Positions 1 through 10,162 are shown, counted from the stretch's first letter. The stretch is 64,000 nt of DNA from Leptospiraceae bacterium (GCA_040217195.1 JAVJNR010000004.1:672001-736000); one strand, 5' to 3'. The notes: generated by a model not told the origin, from the sequence alone. Numbers and translations: made by a program.

Positions 1-539
1 CGCTCACGCTCGGCCTCGGCTTGCCTGGCAATGGCTCGAATCATACTTTCATCCAGGTCCACATGTTTGATTTCAACATTGGCAACCTTGATTCCCCAGT
101 CTTCGGTCTGGGCATCGATAATTTCCTGAACATCATCGTTTAGCTTATCTCTTTCCGAAAGCATTTCATCCAGGTCATGTTTACCCAGAACAGATCTTAA
201 AGTGGTCTGCGATAGCTGGCTTGTGGCACTATAATAGTCCTCCACCCGAATAATGGCCCGCTCAGGATCCACAACCCGGAAATAAAGCACTGCATTCACG
301 CGAACCGTTACATTGTCCTTTGAAATAACATCCTGGCTGGGCACATCCAGAGTGATAATTCGCAAATCCACTCGTACCATTTTTTGAATTCCTGGTATTA
401 CAATTACGATTCCCGGGCCCTTCACGGACTGGAACCGGCCAAGAAAGAACACCACTCCCCGCTGGTACTCAGGCAGAATTCGAATGGAAAGAACCAGGAA
501 GCCCACGATCAGAGCTACTGGCAATATTACTGAGGTCAT
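1..539 (-). CDS. SPFH/band 7 slipin (stomatin-like) protein, truncated by the window edge
   Basis: Manual translation from ATG 539 (RBS AAGGAG): [43 protein letters not shown]...[29 protein letters not shown]. Lies downstream of nfeD, the usual pairing. Confidence 0.92.
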   Translation of the reverse strand, partial: MTSVILPVALIVGFLVLSIRILPEYQRGVVFFLGRFQSVKGPGIVIVIPGIQKMVRVDLRIITLDVPSQDVISKDNVTVRVNAVLYFRVVDPERAIIRVEDYYSATSQLSQTTLRSVLGKHDLDEMLSERDKLNDDVQEIIDAQTEDWGIKVANVEIKHVDLDESMIRAIARQAEAERE

Positions 540-579
540 AAATCACTCCTTTCATTTCAACATGCTATTTTTGTTCAAA

Positions 580-2127
580 CTATGAATTCGCATCCAGGGG
601 CTCCACGATAAGCTCCAGCCCTTCTGCACCCTTGACTCGCACCTTCTGGCCCTTTTCCAGAGAACTGTCGCATCTGGCCCACCATATTTCGCCGCCCATC
701 CGCACTCTGCCACGACCGCGAAAATCGGAGGATACTTCAACGATTCGATCCATGAGATCCTCCCGGCCGGAAATGGACTTCTGCTTTCTCATTCGAACCA
801 ATCTTGAAAGAACCCAGGCCAGGAATGCAGCCGCCAGAAAAGCCACGCCGCCAATTAGAGAAAGGGAAACAGATAGATTGTCCTCATCCATAAGTATTAC
901 CGATCCTGCCACAAATGCAACAATGCCGCCGGTACCCAGCACTCCAAAACCAGGAACAAAGGCTTCTGCAACGATTAAGCCAAGTCCCAGTACCATCAAT
1001 CCCAGTCCTGCATAGTTGATTGGAAGCACTTGAAAGGCAAAGAGGGCCAGAAGCAGGGATATGGCTCCTATCACTCCTGGATAAATAGCACCTGGATTCG
1101 ACAGTTCAAAGATGATCCCATAAAAGCCAATGATCATCAAGAAGTAGGCAACATTTGGGTTCGCAATCACCGACAGTAAACGATGTCGCCAGTCTGGAGG
1201 AAATTCCAGATGTATTGCATCCTTTGTATTGAGTCGCAGGGACTCCTGGGCCATGCGAACTTCCCGGCCATGGGCCGCTTCCAGAAGCTGGTCCAGATCC
1301 CTGGCCACCAGGTCGATGACGTTTCTTTCCAGGGCTTCCCGTGCATTTATATTAACTGCCTTTCGCACAGCATCTTCCGCCCAGTCCGGATTTCGATTGT
1401 GGCGCTCTGCCAGGGCTCGTATATAAGCAACAGCATCTTCCAGAACCTTTCGTTCCATTGCGGTACTGCCCTTGCCGGGCTTATCACTTTCTTCTTTCTC
1501 CGGCTTTTCTGAAGGCTCCGGACTTCCAGGCATTCCACCCATTTGAACTGGCGTGGCCGAACCCAGGTGAGTGGATGGTGCCATCGCAGCCACATGACTG
1601 GCATAGAGCATATAGGTTCCAGCACTTGCGGCGCGTGCCCCTGCAGGACTTACATAGGTAATGACCGGTATCGGGGAGTTTAAGATTGCTTTAATAATGT
1701 CGCGCATTGAGGAACTGAGACCACCCGGTGTGTCCATTACGATAACGATTGCATTCACATCCTTTTCCCGGGCCTCTGCGAATCCTCTGAGCAAATAATC
1801 CGTGGTGGCTGGAGAAATAGCTCCTTCCACGTCCAGAATTAGAACACCGGGTCTCTGGTGTTCGGCTGTGGAAGGGCTGTCTTCTGTTGAATCATCGGCG
1901 GAGCCGGACCTATCCACTTCTTCGGTACAGCCCAGCGAAATTGAGCCTAGAAGAATGGAGAATATAAGGGCAGCACCGTAACCGGGCAGTCTTCGAAATG
2001 GAAGAAAATCGCAGTAGAATCCTGAATCGAACACATCCAGATCCTGAGCATATTCAGGAGCTTTGTCAACGTAGAAATTGAAAGAACGGAGAAGCCTGAA
2101 GCCACAGAACCTATTGGCGGGCAACAA
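580..2127 (-). CDS. nfeD: NfeD membrane-bound ClpP-class serine protease (start uncertain, probably downstream of 2127)
   Basis: MDTPGG, ARAASAG and AMAPSTHLGSATPV motifs, TM bundle with FELSNPG, C-terminal OB-like GEIWWAR segment. Confidence 0.9.
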   Translation of the reverse strand: MLPANRFCGFRLLRSFNFYVDKAPEYAQDLDVFDSGFYCDFLPFRRLPGYGAALIFSILLGSISLGCTEEVDRSGSADDSTEDSPSTAEHQRPGVLILDVEGAISPATTDYLLRGFAEAREKDVNAIVIVMDTPGGLSSSMRDIIKAILNSPIPVITYVSPAGARAASAGTYMLYASHVAAMAPSTHLGSATPVQMGGMPGSPEPSEKPEKEESDKPGKGSTAMERKVLEDAVAYIRALAERHNRNPDWAEDAVRKAVNINAREALERNVIDLVARDLDQLLEAAHGREVRMAQESLRLNTKDAIHLEFPPDWRHRLLSVIANPNVAYFLMIIGFYGIIFELSNPGAIYPGVIGAISLLLALFAFQVLPINYAGLGLMVLGLGLIVAEAFVPGFGVLGTGGIVAFVAGSVILMDEDNLSVSLSLIGGVAFLAAAFLAWVLSRLVRMRKQKSISGREDLMDRIVEVSSDFRGRGRVRMGGEIWWARCDSSLEKGQKVRVKGAEGLELIVEPLDANS

Positions 2128-2196
2128 GGACAGAAAGACCGAGAATACGTTTGGCCCTATAGTCTGTTTCTATCGAGAAATGGCTTCCTACAGGTG

Positions 2197-2973
2197 TCAG
2201 GGACAGAAAAGCACTTCTTTGATGAGCAGATCATCGTTATAAATAATGCCCTGGTTCATATCCTTGTGAGCATACAGACCGAAGTGCACCTGAGGTACAT
2301 CGCCGAATCCACTCACCGGTGCAGCAGAGACCAGGACGCCATCCTGATAGGCGCGTGCGAATCCATTTTCAGAATCCATGGAAAGACACAATCCAAGTTT
2401 CACCCATTGATTTTGAGGGAAAAAAAGGTCTGTACTCTGGTAGGTCCATTCCTTCTTCCCCACCGTCGGAACATGCATTAGATGAACTATACCTTCATAA
2501 CCCAGATTCACCAGGACTCCATCCCAGAAAGCGTCCTCCGTTCTGCGAGCTACCGTGATGAAGCTGAACCAGTGACCGCTGCCCGTTGGAATCACAATGT
2601 CCTGCAAATACACCTGCAATTCAATGTATACGAGACCGGTAAACGACCCACCTTCCAGTTTATGGAATTGCACAGTCGGGTAGGCTCGATGACTGTCGGC
2701 TGCTGTGGAATAGATCCAGCCTTTATGCGCACTGGTACCGGATACCAATCGTTCTGTACTTAATTCATGCGAAGCGGCGCTCTGGTAGTTCTGAGGTACT
2801 ATGTAGGAGCCATCAAACTCACTCAGCGATTCGAAACTTGTGCGAAACTCACGGCCAGAGAAGGCAAGTGCTAACAGGGCCGGGGCGTCCAGACCATCGG
2901 CACCAGATGCAGAGCAATTCACAAAAAAGAATCCAGGCCATATAATCGAAAGCGCCAAAGCGATTCGTTTCAT
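2197..2973 (-). CDS. Putative lipoprotein with a beta-sandwich (ConA/polysaccharide-lyase-like) domain
   Basis: Signal peptide ending FFVNC. C-terminal WVKLGL...YQDGVLV...HFGLY...IYNDDL pattern is typical of jelly-roll domains. Confidence 0.55.
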   Translation of the reverse strand: MKRIALALSIIWPGFFFVNCSASGADGLDAPALLALAFSGREFRTSFESLSEFDGSYIVPQNYQSAASHELSTERLVSGTSAHKGWIYSTAADSHRAYPTVQFHKLEGGSFTGLVYIELQVYLQDIVIPTGSGHWFSFITVARRTEDAFWDGVLVNLGYEGIVHLMHVPTVGKKEWTYQSTDLFFPQNQWVKLGLCLSMDSENGFARAYQDGVLVSAAPVSGFGDVPQVHFGLYAHKDMNQGIIYNDDLLIKEVLFCP

Positions 2974-3095
2974 TTAGTATATATCCCCGTACACTCAGTC
3001 AACTTCAACCGGTCAGACTTAAGATTCCGATTTCACCGGGCGAATGCATCGCATCCGTTCCATAAACAGGGCAAAGAGTTTTTTTTCTATCTTTT

Positions 3096-3566
3096 TCAGG
3101 GCAGCCGGTAGCTTGCATGGCAGGCTGTACAGCGGTTCATTAGTTCACCCAGTTCCCGGATAACCTCTCTATCGCTGGCATCGCTGCGAAGTGTGCGAGC
3201 CAGAGCATCGAATTCACGATGGGTTCCCAGCCCCAGCTCTTTCATAGGCACCGGAAGCTTGAGCAGGATGGTAGACTCTACAGCGGCCAGCTCATCTACC
3301 ATTCCCATTCCCACGCTTTCTGCGGCCACTGCAGCTTCTTCCCGATTCCCGTTTCCCAGAGCTACATGGATTTGTTGTGTAGCCTCCAGCAACTGTCGCA
3401 TCTCTTTAAGTAAGAATTGCTTTTCGCCGGCCGTAACATTGATAACCTGCCGACCGTCCGGTCCCATGCGAGCTACGCCAAATACAAAGAAGTAAGCAAA
3501 AACTCCAATAGTGACAAACCAGAGTGCTGCAAATCCAAAAGCTGCGACTTTATACTTATTTTTCAT
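3096..3566 (-). CDS. Membrane-anchored class II (c'-like) cytochrome c
   Basis: N-terminal TM helix, helical body, single CTACH motif at the extreme C-terminus. Confidence 0.75.
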   Translation of the reverse strand: MKNKYKVAAFGFAALWFVTIGVFAYFFVFGVARMGPDGRQVINVTAGEKQFLLKEMRQLLEATQQIHVALGNGNREEAAVAAESVGMGMVDELAAVESTILLKLPVPMKELGLGTHREFDALARTLRSDASDREVIRELGELMNRCTACHASYRLP

Positions 3567-3693
3567 TCTTCACATTCCTTTCGCTCTATAGCGGAGCTTT
3601 TTGGTTTATTTAGGTCTACATTTAAGCGCCTGATATATTCGAACAATGTCTCTTCGCAACACCAGCCTTCAGGCTATCGAAACTCTTCTTTCT

Positions 3694-5187
3694 CTAATCT
3701 CCATTCCAGCGGTAGGTAAGACCGAAATAGATACTCAGCACCCGGGTTTTCTTTTCAAACTGAAATAATGCCGGTCGAAGGGGCTCGGTCTGAAGCGCAT
3801 GACCCAGCCACCATTCCGAAAAAGGCACTCCATGCATTGTTCTGGGGAAGGAATACTGCAAAGCCACATCAAAACTGGAAGGCTGGTCAGCCTCGTCAAA
3901 GAACCAGCCCAATCCCAGGGATAAATGATGCTCCACTGTAGTTCCCAGTAAGGGACTCAGTCCCTGGTGGGTCTGTGGCGTGGCCCCATAGCTGTAACCT
4001 GCGCGCAATGCCAGGTCAGCCAGACGCCTTTCAATTCCAACACTGATGGCGGTTTGATCTCTCCATCGAAGATTCATTCGCAGGTATGGGCTTCTGGAGC
4101 CAATGGGCGTCATAGCCAGGGGTGCATCCAGAGTAAAGAGTAGACTGTTCATTGTGCTGGACCATAAAGTATGGCTAACGTCGGCCAATAGCCTGTAGGA
4201 GCCGGCTCGATATTCCAGACCAACAACGAAGCGGGCCGGCCATTCCATAAAGCGAGATACTCCAGCGTTTGAATCCGGGTTACTGTAAGAATCCACACGG
4301 ATGTTGCCATCCAGATTGAATCGACTGGATGAAGTAAACGAAGCGGCCAGCGTCCAATCCTGCCAATCGTAGCTCAGTCCCAGTTTCGCTCCCAGCGCCC
4401 AGGCAGAGTCAGAGCGATAATGAATACCCCCTGGAAGCAATGCATCGGTTTGCAGGTGATTGTAGGCGCGATCCATTCGCTTGGTTGCATGAACTACATC
4501 AATGCCCAGACCCAGGCTTAAAGAACCCATGCGATAGGCAATGGCAGGCGTGGCTTTAAGGATTGCAAATCGAACATTAATGTCTTCTCCTGCCAGCCCG
4601 TTCTGACTGCCAGCCACCGAATTAGCATCCACGCCATCTGAACGAGCCTCTGCCGCAGGATAGGGCCGTAACATATTTTCAAAACCGGCTCCTCCACCGC
4701 CCTGGGCATAGACTGCAAAGCCAATACTAATCTTTTCGCCCCCGAAACCATACCCAAGAGCTGGCAACGGTGCCACCGGACGAAATGTTCGATCGTTGCT
4801 ATAATAGGTGCCGGTCTGAGGATCTAGATATTTATCCCGGTAATCGATGGTTGCCTGGTTCACTGCAAGACTTGCCTGAAAGGAATGGCCCTTTATCCTG
4901 GTAAGCATGGCTGGGTTTTCCTCCACAACCAGGGGAGAGCCGTACATGCCATAAAATGCCCCGGCCACTCCCGCCTGATCCGCCCCAAAGGCCGGAAGCC
5001 AGATGCCATGAAATGCCTCCACAGACGTTGTTGAGAATAAGAAGAAAACAGAAAGGGTTATAGTCCCTGAAATCCGGATTGCCAGACCAGGAAATGAGGT
5101 GCCCGACCCAGTCTCACTCGCTAAACGACTACCGGACCCACCGCGGTGCAGTCGGGTATATCGCAATTCCCGCTCAGATTTCCTCAT
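3694..5187 (-). CDS. FadL/OmpP1/TodX family outer-membrane channel for hydrophobic compounds
   Basis: N-terminal hatch signature (GADQAGVAGA...ENPAML), LRAGYSY strand and C-terminal YFGLTYRW. Confidence 0.8.
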   Translation of the reverse strand: MRKSERELRYTRLHRGGSGSRLASETGSGTSFPGLAIRISGTITLSVFFLFSTTSVEAFHGIWLPAFGADQAGVAGAFYGMYGSPLVVEENPAMLTRIKGHSFQASLAVNQATIDYRDKYLDPQTGTYYSNDRTFRPVAPLPALGYGFGGEKISIGFAVYAQGGGGAGFENMLRPYPAAEARSDGVDANSVAGSQNGLAGEDINVRFAILKATPAIAYRMGSLSLGLGIDVVHATKRMDRAYNHLQTDALLPGGIHYRSDSAWALGAKLGLSYDWQDWTLAASFTSSSRFNLDGNIRVDSYSNPDSNAGVSRFMEWPARFVVGLEYRAGSYRLLADVSHTLWSSTMNSLLFTLDAPLAMTPIGSRSPYLRMNLRWRDQTAISVGIERRLADLALRAGYSYGATPQTHQGLSPLLGTTVEHHLSLGLGWFFDEADQPSSFDVALQYSFPRTMHGVPFSEWWLGHALQTEPLRPALFQFEKKTRVLSIYFGLTYRWNGD

Positions 5188-5335
5188 GAATGAAATCCTC
5201 CGAACGAAACTGTGACATTGTCTGGCTATTGACTTCGGGATAGTTCCATTGTTTTGCGTATGATTGCACGGATAAACCCTGGTCTGGGAAGACTGTGGCT
5301 GGAGCAGACCATTGGTGGCTCATGCCAGACCCTTC

Positions 5336-5350
5336 TGAGACTGAGTCTCA
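5336..5350. promoter_or_regulatory. Perfect 7-1-7 palindrome TGAGACTGAGTCTCA (candidate iron/Fur-type box) upstream of the FadL-like gene
   Basis: The same motif recurs four times in the haem uptake locus (41254, 44103, 44153, 47995). Confidence 0.6.
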
Positions 5351-5401
5351 GTCCAGATCTGGTCCGTGCAGGGTCAAGTCATACGGCAATTTTTTTGCGC
5401 G

Positions 5402-5436
5402 AAACATAAAGCTCCCTGTCACCGAGGCCAGGGAGC
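5402..5436 (-). terminator. Intrinsic terminator after the PLP lyase
   Basis: GCTCCCTG...CAGGGAGC stem (5411-5436) followed on the minus strand by TTTATGTTT. Confidence 0.7.
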
Positions 5437-5481
5437 ACTTGCAGTCCTTGATTCAGATTAATTGCGAAACCAGAAATTGGA

Positions 5482-6933
5482 TTATCTGGATTGCATTTCT
5501 TTCTTGCGCTGGCGATCTACAATCCACTGAACAATTTTTTCTGTGAAGCTTCGTTTCTGAGTTCCGGCCTCATCTGAAACAGTCATATCATTCTGTTCCA
5601 GATCCAGATCCTTGCCGGAAATGCAGTAGGTAGAAGCAAACATTTTACGCACTTCATTTCTGACCATTTTGCGAAAGGGTGCATGGGCCAGCATTCCATA
5701 GGTTGCCGCCTGACCGCTCCTGGAAAGCTCCGGATGCTCCTTCGCATACTCCACACTTTCCTGTAGATCCTGCAGATATTTATCCACAACGTTCAAATGC
5801 TCAGGAGTCACCATTGCATGCAGAGCATCCGGCTTTTGAAGTCGATCGATGTACCAACCTTTCTTTTCCATTAAATCGGCCACTGCGAACATATCTACGG
5901 CCGGATCCGAAGAGCGATAGGCAAAGAGAGTTGCTTTTGGGTCTGCGATGATGGTTAAACCTATTTTGCGAATTCCTTCTTTTAACGCATCCGTGGCCTG
6001 CATGGCTTTTCGCGCCAGCTCCATATACCCCTGCTCTCCCTGAGCCTGCAAAGCAGCGTAGGCTGCAGCATAGGCCCCGCCCGGACGAGTGCCCAGCAAT
6101 GCAGGGGATGCAAAAATTCCGCCCGGCCAGTTCTCATATACAAAGACCTGATGATTAAAATGCTTCTGATGACGGTAAAGTATGCTGGAAGCCCCTTTTG
6201 CTGCGAATCCGTACTTATGAATATCTGCCGAAATAGATGTAACTCCTGGAATGCGAAAATCAAACTCAGGAATATCATGACCCAGCTTTTCCATGAATGG
6301 AAGTAGAAAACCGCCCACGCAGGCATCCACATGCAATGGAATCCTCTTTTTCTCAGCCAGTTCGCCCAGTTCTTTAATTGGATCAATCATACCGTGAGGA
6401 TATTCCGGAGCACTTCCCAGAAGCATAATTGTATTTCGATTAACCTTTCTCTTCATGGCCTCCACATCGGCACCACCGCCAGGGAGCGCAGGAACACGAT
6501 GCAATTTGATCCCAAAGTACTCCGCCCCTTTTAGCCAGGCTACGTGAGCGGTATCCGGGACTACCATTTCTGGTTTGCGTATTCCTTTTTCTGCTCTGGC
6601 AAAATCCCGGTAGGTTTTAACTGCCAGCAGGCAGCTTTCGGTGCCGCCAGACGTAACCACGCCGCAAACCTGGTCATCGCCGTGTAATATTCCGGCCACC
6701 ATTGAGATGATTTTCTTCTCCAGCTGTTTGAGACTCTTGAAAGCTCCTGGATTCAGTCCATTCGCCGAAAAGAATAGATGATATGCCTCATTCAAGAAGG
6801 ACGTGTAATCTTCGCCCAGGTAATATACCAGACTCCAGAGCTTTCCATCTTTGTAGTCCGGATCCAGGCTTCGCATACCTTTTAGCTCTTCCAGTATCTC
6901 TTCAGTTGCTCTTCCAGTTTTATTTAGTTCCAT
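5482..6933 (-). CDS. Group II PLP-dependent enzyme, sphingosine-1-phosphate lyase-like
   Basis: TSGGTES, SAPEYPHGMIDPI, LHVDACVGGF, SISADIHKYG (PLP lysine) and GTRPGG motifs. Confidence 0.85.
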   Translation of the reverse strand: MELNKTGRATEEILEELKGMRSLDPDYKDGKLWSLVYYLGEDYTSFLNEAYHLFFSANGLNPGAFKSLKQLEKKIISMVAGILHGDDQVCGVVTSGGTESCLLAVKTYRDFARAEKGIRKPEMVVPDTAHVAWLKGAEYFGIKLHRVPALPGGGADVEAMKRKVNRNTIMLLGSAPEYPHGMIDPIKELGELAEKKRIPLHVDACVGGFLLPFMEKLGHDIPEFDFRIPGVTSISADIHKYGFAAKGASSILYRHQKHFNHQVFVYENWPGGIFASPALLGTRPGGAYAAAYAALQAQGEQGYMELARKAMQATDALKEGIRKIGLTIIADPKATLFAYRSSDPAVDMFAVADLMEKKGWYIDRLQKPDALHAMVTPEHLNVVDKYLQDLQESVEYAKEHPELSRSGQAATYGMLAHAPFRKMVRNEVRKMFASTYCISGKDLDLEQNDMTVSDEAGTQKRSFTEKIVQWIVDRQRKKEMQSR

Positions 6934-7234
6934 ATTTCTTCCTCAATTTTGTCTTAGATGATTCGGTATTCAGTTCTTTCTCAATTCAAAATGTTTGCTG
7001 CCCCGGGATCGTTTAGGTGTTGTCAGATTCGCAAGCGAATCGCCATGCAGCGCTCAGACCGTCCGATTAAAAACCGGTCCCTTCTTCGCGGTCAAAATGG
7101 GTTGATAGATCATGACGTGGAGGACAAAGTCATTAAATGCAGATAACCTCCTGAAAGGGTTAATTCTGTAAATGGTCCGCTACTGTTTTCGCTGCAGCCA
7201 GATTGGTCGTTCCTCCTTGCAGGTCGTTAGAGTC

Positions 7235-8542
7235 TCAGGGCCCGCTGGCTATCGCCTTGAGCAAATAGGCTATGGAGATTCCCAGATAGTTGCCGATTCC
7301 ATAGCCCAGAATTCCGGTGGTCAAACCAGGAACGATTAGCTGTCGATTCTTTAATGCTGAGGCCACTACAGGTACGAAAGGAGGAGAACAAATCGCGGAG
7401 GAGGAGATTACCAGAAATGTATCTACGTCTATCCCGGCCCAGCGGCAGAATAAGGAATGGAGCAATAGACTGCCAATCACTGCACCGGCGATAAAGATAA
7501 TTACTGCAGGATCTATATTCAGTAACCCGGCCACGTCAGTAAGCGATGCCACAGAGACGCAAAATACCAGTATAATGTACATTCCCACTGAAAATGTCTT
7601 TCGAATGTTGCGAATCGTTGGAACAAAGGAAGCGGCTATACCCAGACTGGTTATAGAAAGAATGGTTATGGCAGGAGCTGCATTCTTAGAAAACAGAGAA
7701 CCCAGAAATACGCTCAATCCAACAATGGCAACGGATAGCAATAAAGCGGCCAGTAGCGGCGGCCATACCCGAGGATATATCAAACTGCCATAGTCCTCCA
7801 CTCCCACCGGGCGATCATCGCTTTCGTATGCTTCAGCGATTTCTATAGCTTCCGTAGATTCGTTTTCTCTTTCCGGGGTTGCGACCGTTGAGTTCTTCTG
7901 TTTTGGCTGAAGCCCTCCGGATGATGCTTCTCCACCGGCAGACTGGTTCGATGACGATTGCCCGGACTCTCCATGGTTGCCCTGGATATCGAATGGTTTC
8001 AAGAATCGTCCGAAAAGAGGTCTTGCCAGAGAGAATACAAAAAGCAGATAGAAAAGACCCATCAAGGTGTCGTATGTATGGAATTTAATGTAGAGGTCGT
8101 CCGGTATGAGAAGTGCCGTTTTGACCGCAGCCAGATTAGGCGTCCCTCCGGTATATACGGCCACTGCCATGGCAGCTAATTGATCGCCCTGATCGGTAAG
8201 CCCCTGTAAACTAAAGAATAACAAGGTAGCGACCATCACCACTGATAATCCTGCCAATAGCATGGCCAGCAGGGACTTTCCGGCCAGACGAAATACGGAA
8301 GGCACATCCATGGAGAAAAGCAACATTGGAAGGGCCAGAGCTACTGTAGCTTCTGAAAGTCCTTTCTGGAGATGAAGTGTTTCGGATCCGGTGAGCCCGG
8401 AGTTACCCAGAATAGCGCCCACCAGGTAACATAGAATCACCACACCGATTTTTTTTAGAAATTCGATTCGAGAGCTGAGATAGATCAGCACAGCCGGGCA
8501 AAGAATCAATACCAGACCTATAGTCAGGACTTTTCCATCCAT
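7235..8542 (-). CDS. DUF819 family membrane protein (putative transporter)
   Basis: About 11 TM segments, YTGGTPNLAAV and LGYGIGNYLG motifs. RBS AGGAGA favours ATG 8542; GTG 8548 is the alternative. Confidence 0.8.
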   Translation of the reverse strand: MDGKVLTIGLVLILCPAVLIYLSSRIEFLKKIGVVILCYLVGAILGNSGLTGSETLHLQKGLSEATVALALPMLLFSMDVPSVFRLAGKSLLAMLLAGLSVVMVATLLFFSLQGLTDQGDQLAAMAVAVYTGGTPNLAAVKTALLIPDDLYIKFHTYDTLMGLFYLLFVFSLARPLFGRFLKPFDIQGNHGESGQSSSNQSAGGEASSGGLQPKQKNSTVATPERENESTEAIEIAEAYESDDRPVGVEDYGSLIYPRVWPPLLAALLLSVAIVGLSVFLGSLFSKNAAPAITILSITSLGIAASFVPTIRNIRKTFSVGMYIILVFCVSVASLTDVAGLLNIDPAVIIFIAGAVIGSLLLHSLFCRWAGIDVDTFLVISSSAICSPPFVPVVASALKNRQLIVPGLTTGILGYGIGNYLGISIAYLLKAIASGP

Positions 8543-8579
8543 GAACACGTATCTCCTGGCCTTTCTGATGAATGGCCGT

Positions 8580-8617
8580 TTTTCACTATGCTGAAAACTA
8601 TTTCACTACCGTGAAAT
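8580..8617. promoter_or_regulatory. Two tandem 18-bp palindromes, likely TetR operators
   Basis: TTTTCACTATGCTGAAAA (8580-8597) and ATTTCACTACCGTGAAAT (8600-8617) in the divergent DUF819/tetR gap. Confidence 0.7.
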
Positions 8618-8653
8618 TTCTTGCAAGCAGAAAAGTACACGTTTTTATGCAAT

Positions 8654-9301
8654 ATGGAAAAAACAAGGGTGGCCCGAGCCAGGCAGCAGAGACGGGAAAT
8701 GATCCTGGATGAAGCTCAGAGAATCGCCTTTGAAAGAGGCTTTGATTCGCTAACAATCGGAGATCTTGCCTCGGCAGCGGACTACACCAAGAGAGCTGTA
8801 TACTTCTATTTCAAAGATAAGGATGAGATATTCTTTGCTCTTGTTGCCCGGGGCCAGAAGCTACTCAAGGCTGCCCTGGAAGATGTGCAATCTCGCCAGT
8901 TACTGGGCCCCGCCGGAGCTCAGGCTTTCGGAGATTGTTTCTTTCAATTCTCTATCGCCCATCCAGAGTACTTTTCTCTTTTAATGGAATACGAAAGCAA
9001 AAGGCACCGCTATGAAATGGGCAGGACAGAAGAATCAAGAGCCTGGGCGAAATGTCAGAATCTCTCTCTGGACTGTGGGGACATTCTGGAAAGATGGATG
9101 GAGCAGGAGATATCCAGCGGGCGGCTAAAGACTTCCTTGTCTGCCAGACAGTTGATGCTTAGCTTCTGGGCGCAAACCTATGGAATTATGCAGATTATTC
9201 TAATGCGTCAGGATGGATTTGAAGAAGTCTACGATCTGTCCGAAAGGGCTTTCTTTGATGCGTACATGGAGGGAATTGTAAGAGCTTACTGGGATAGTTG
9301 A
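8654..9301 (+). CDS. TetR/AcrR family transcriptional regulator
   Basis: N-terminal HTH: ILDEAQRIAFERGFDSLTIGDLASAADYTKRAVYFYFKDKDEIF. Confidence 0.92.
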   Translation: MEKTRVARARQQRREMILDEAQRIAFERGFDSLTIGDLASAADYTKRAVYFYFKDKDEIFFALVARGQKLLKAALEDVQSRQLLGPAGAQAFGDCFFQFSIAHPEYFSLLMEYESKRHRYEMGRTEESRAWAKCQNLSLDCGDILERWMEQEISSGRLKTSLSARQLMLSFWAQTYGIMQIILMRQDGFEEVYDLSERAFFDAYMEGIVRAYWDS

Positions 9302-9451
9302 ACCGAAGTCGATGGATCGGAAAAAGAGAATAGCCAGTCGAAAGGATGCTATTTCCAGGAAGCCTTCCATTTCCTTTTCGAGGTTCTTACCGGTTCGAAC
9401 CAAAACCGGACTCCGGCCGCCTGCCGTCTCGGAGTCCAGCGTCAATCATAG

Positions 9452-10132
9452 TCAATTGGTCAGTTGTTGTGCCACTGCAGTGATAGCTTCAATGGAAGTG
9501 TTCAACCGGTCTTTTCTATGGACCGGCTCACCTTTCTCATTGAGCATCAGTAGAGTTGTGGAATGAGTAAAATGACCGTCCGGAGTCTGTCTAAACTGAA
9601 AACCAATGGCCGCAGCAAGCAATCGGGCCTCGGTTTCTGTACCGTTTAACAGATGCCAGTTTCCTTCCAGCTTCATTTTCTTCTGAAACTCCTTCAGGAC
9701 GTCCGGTGTATCGTTCGTCGGGTCGATGCTTACCGCAACAAGATGCAAGTTCTCTTTCTGCGAATCGCTCAAAGATTCATTGATTCTTTGCATATCAGTA
9801 GCCATCCGAGGACAGATCATCTTACATCTAGTATAGATCATAGAAAGTAGCACTGGCTTTCCTTCTAAATCTTTCAGCCGCATTTCAGAACCGTTTTGAT
9901 CAGTCCATACAGTATCTATCTGATATATGGAAGGTCCCAGAGGTTCCGGTGGCTTCTCATTGCACCCGGCGAATAGAAATAGAGAGACTATCAGAGGTAC
10001 TATCGCTGCTGCCACAGACGGTAGCATTATTCTACTCTGGCCTTCTTTTGACTGATGGACAGTCCCTGACTCCTTCCAGAAGGGGCCTTTCTCTTTAATC
10101 CGTTGTTCTGACGGTTTGCTTTCTGCTTTCAT
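9452..10132 (-). CDS. SCO1/SenC family copper chaperone
   Basis: YTRCKMICP (CxxxC), SIDPTND and FTHS histidine; lipobox-like LFAGC; RBS GGAGGA. Confidence 0.92.
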   Translation of the reverse strand: MKAESKPSEQRIKEKGPFWKESGTVHQSKEGQSRIMLPSVAAAIVPLIVSLFLFAGCNEKPPEPLGPSIYQIDTVWTDQNGSEMRLKDLEGKPVLLSMIYTRCKMICPRMATDMQRINESLSDSQKENLHLVAVSIDPTNDTPDVLKEFQKKMKLEGNWHLLNGTETEARLLAAAIGFQFRQTPDGHFTHSTTLLMLNEKGEPVHRKDRLNTSIEAITAVAQQLTN

Positions 10133-10162
10133 ATTGTCCTCCCGAACAAACTAATCATTGAG

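Noticed and set aside
5448..5461. TTGATTCAGATTAA as a functional FNR-type promoter for the FadL-like gene
   Set aside because: It has one mismatch, and the expected -10 position falls inside the terminator hairpin with no TAnnnT hexamer.
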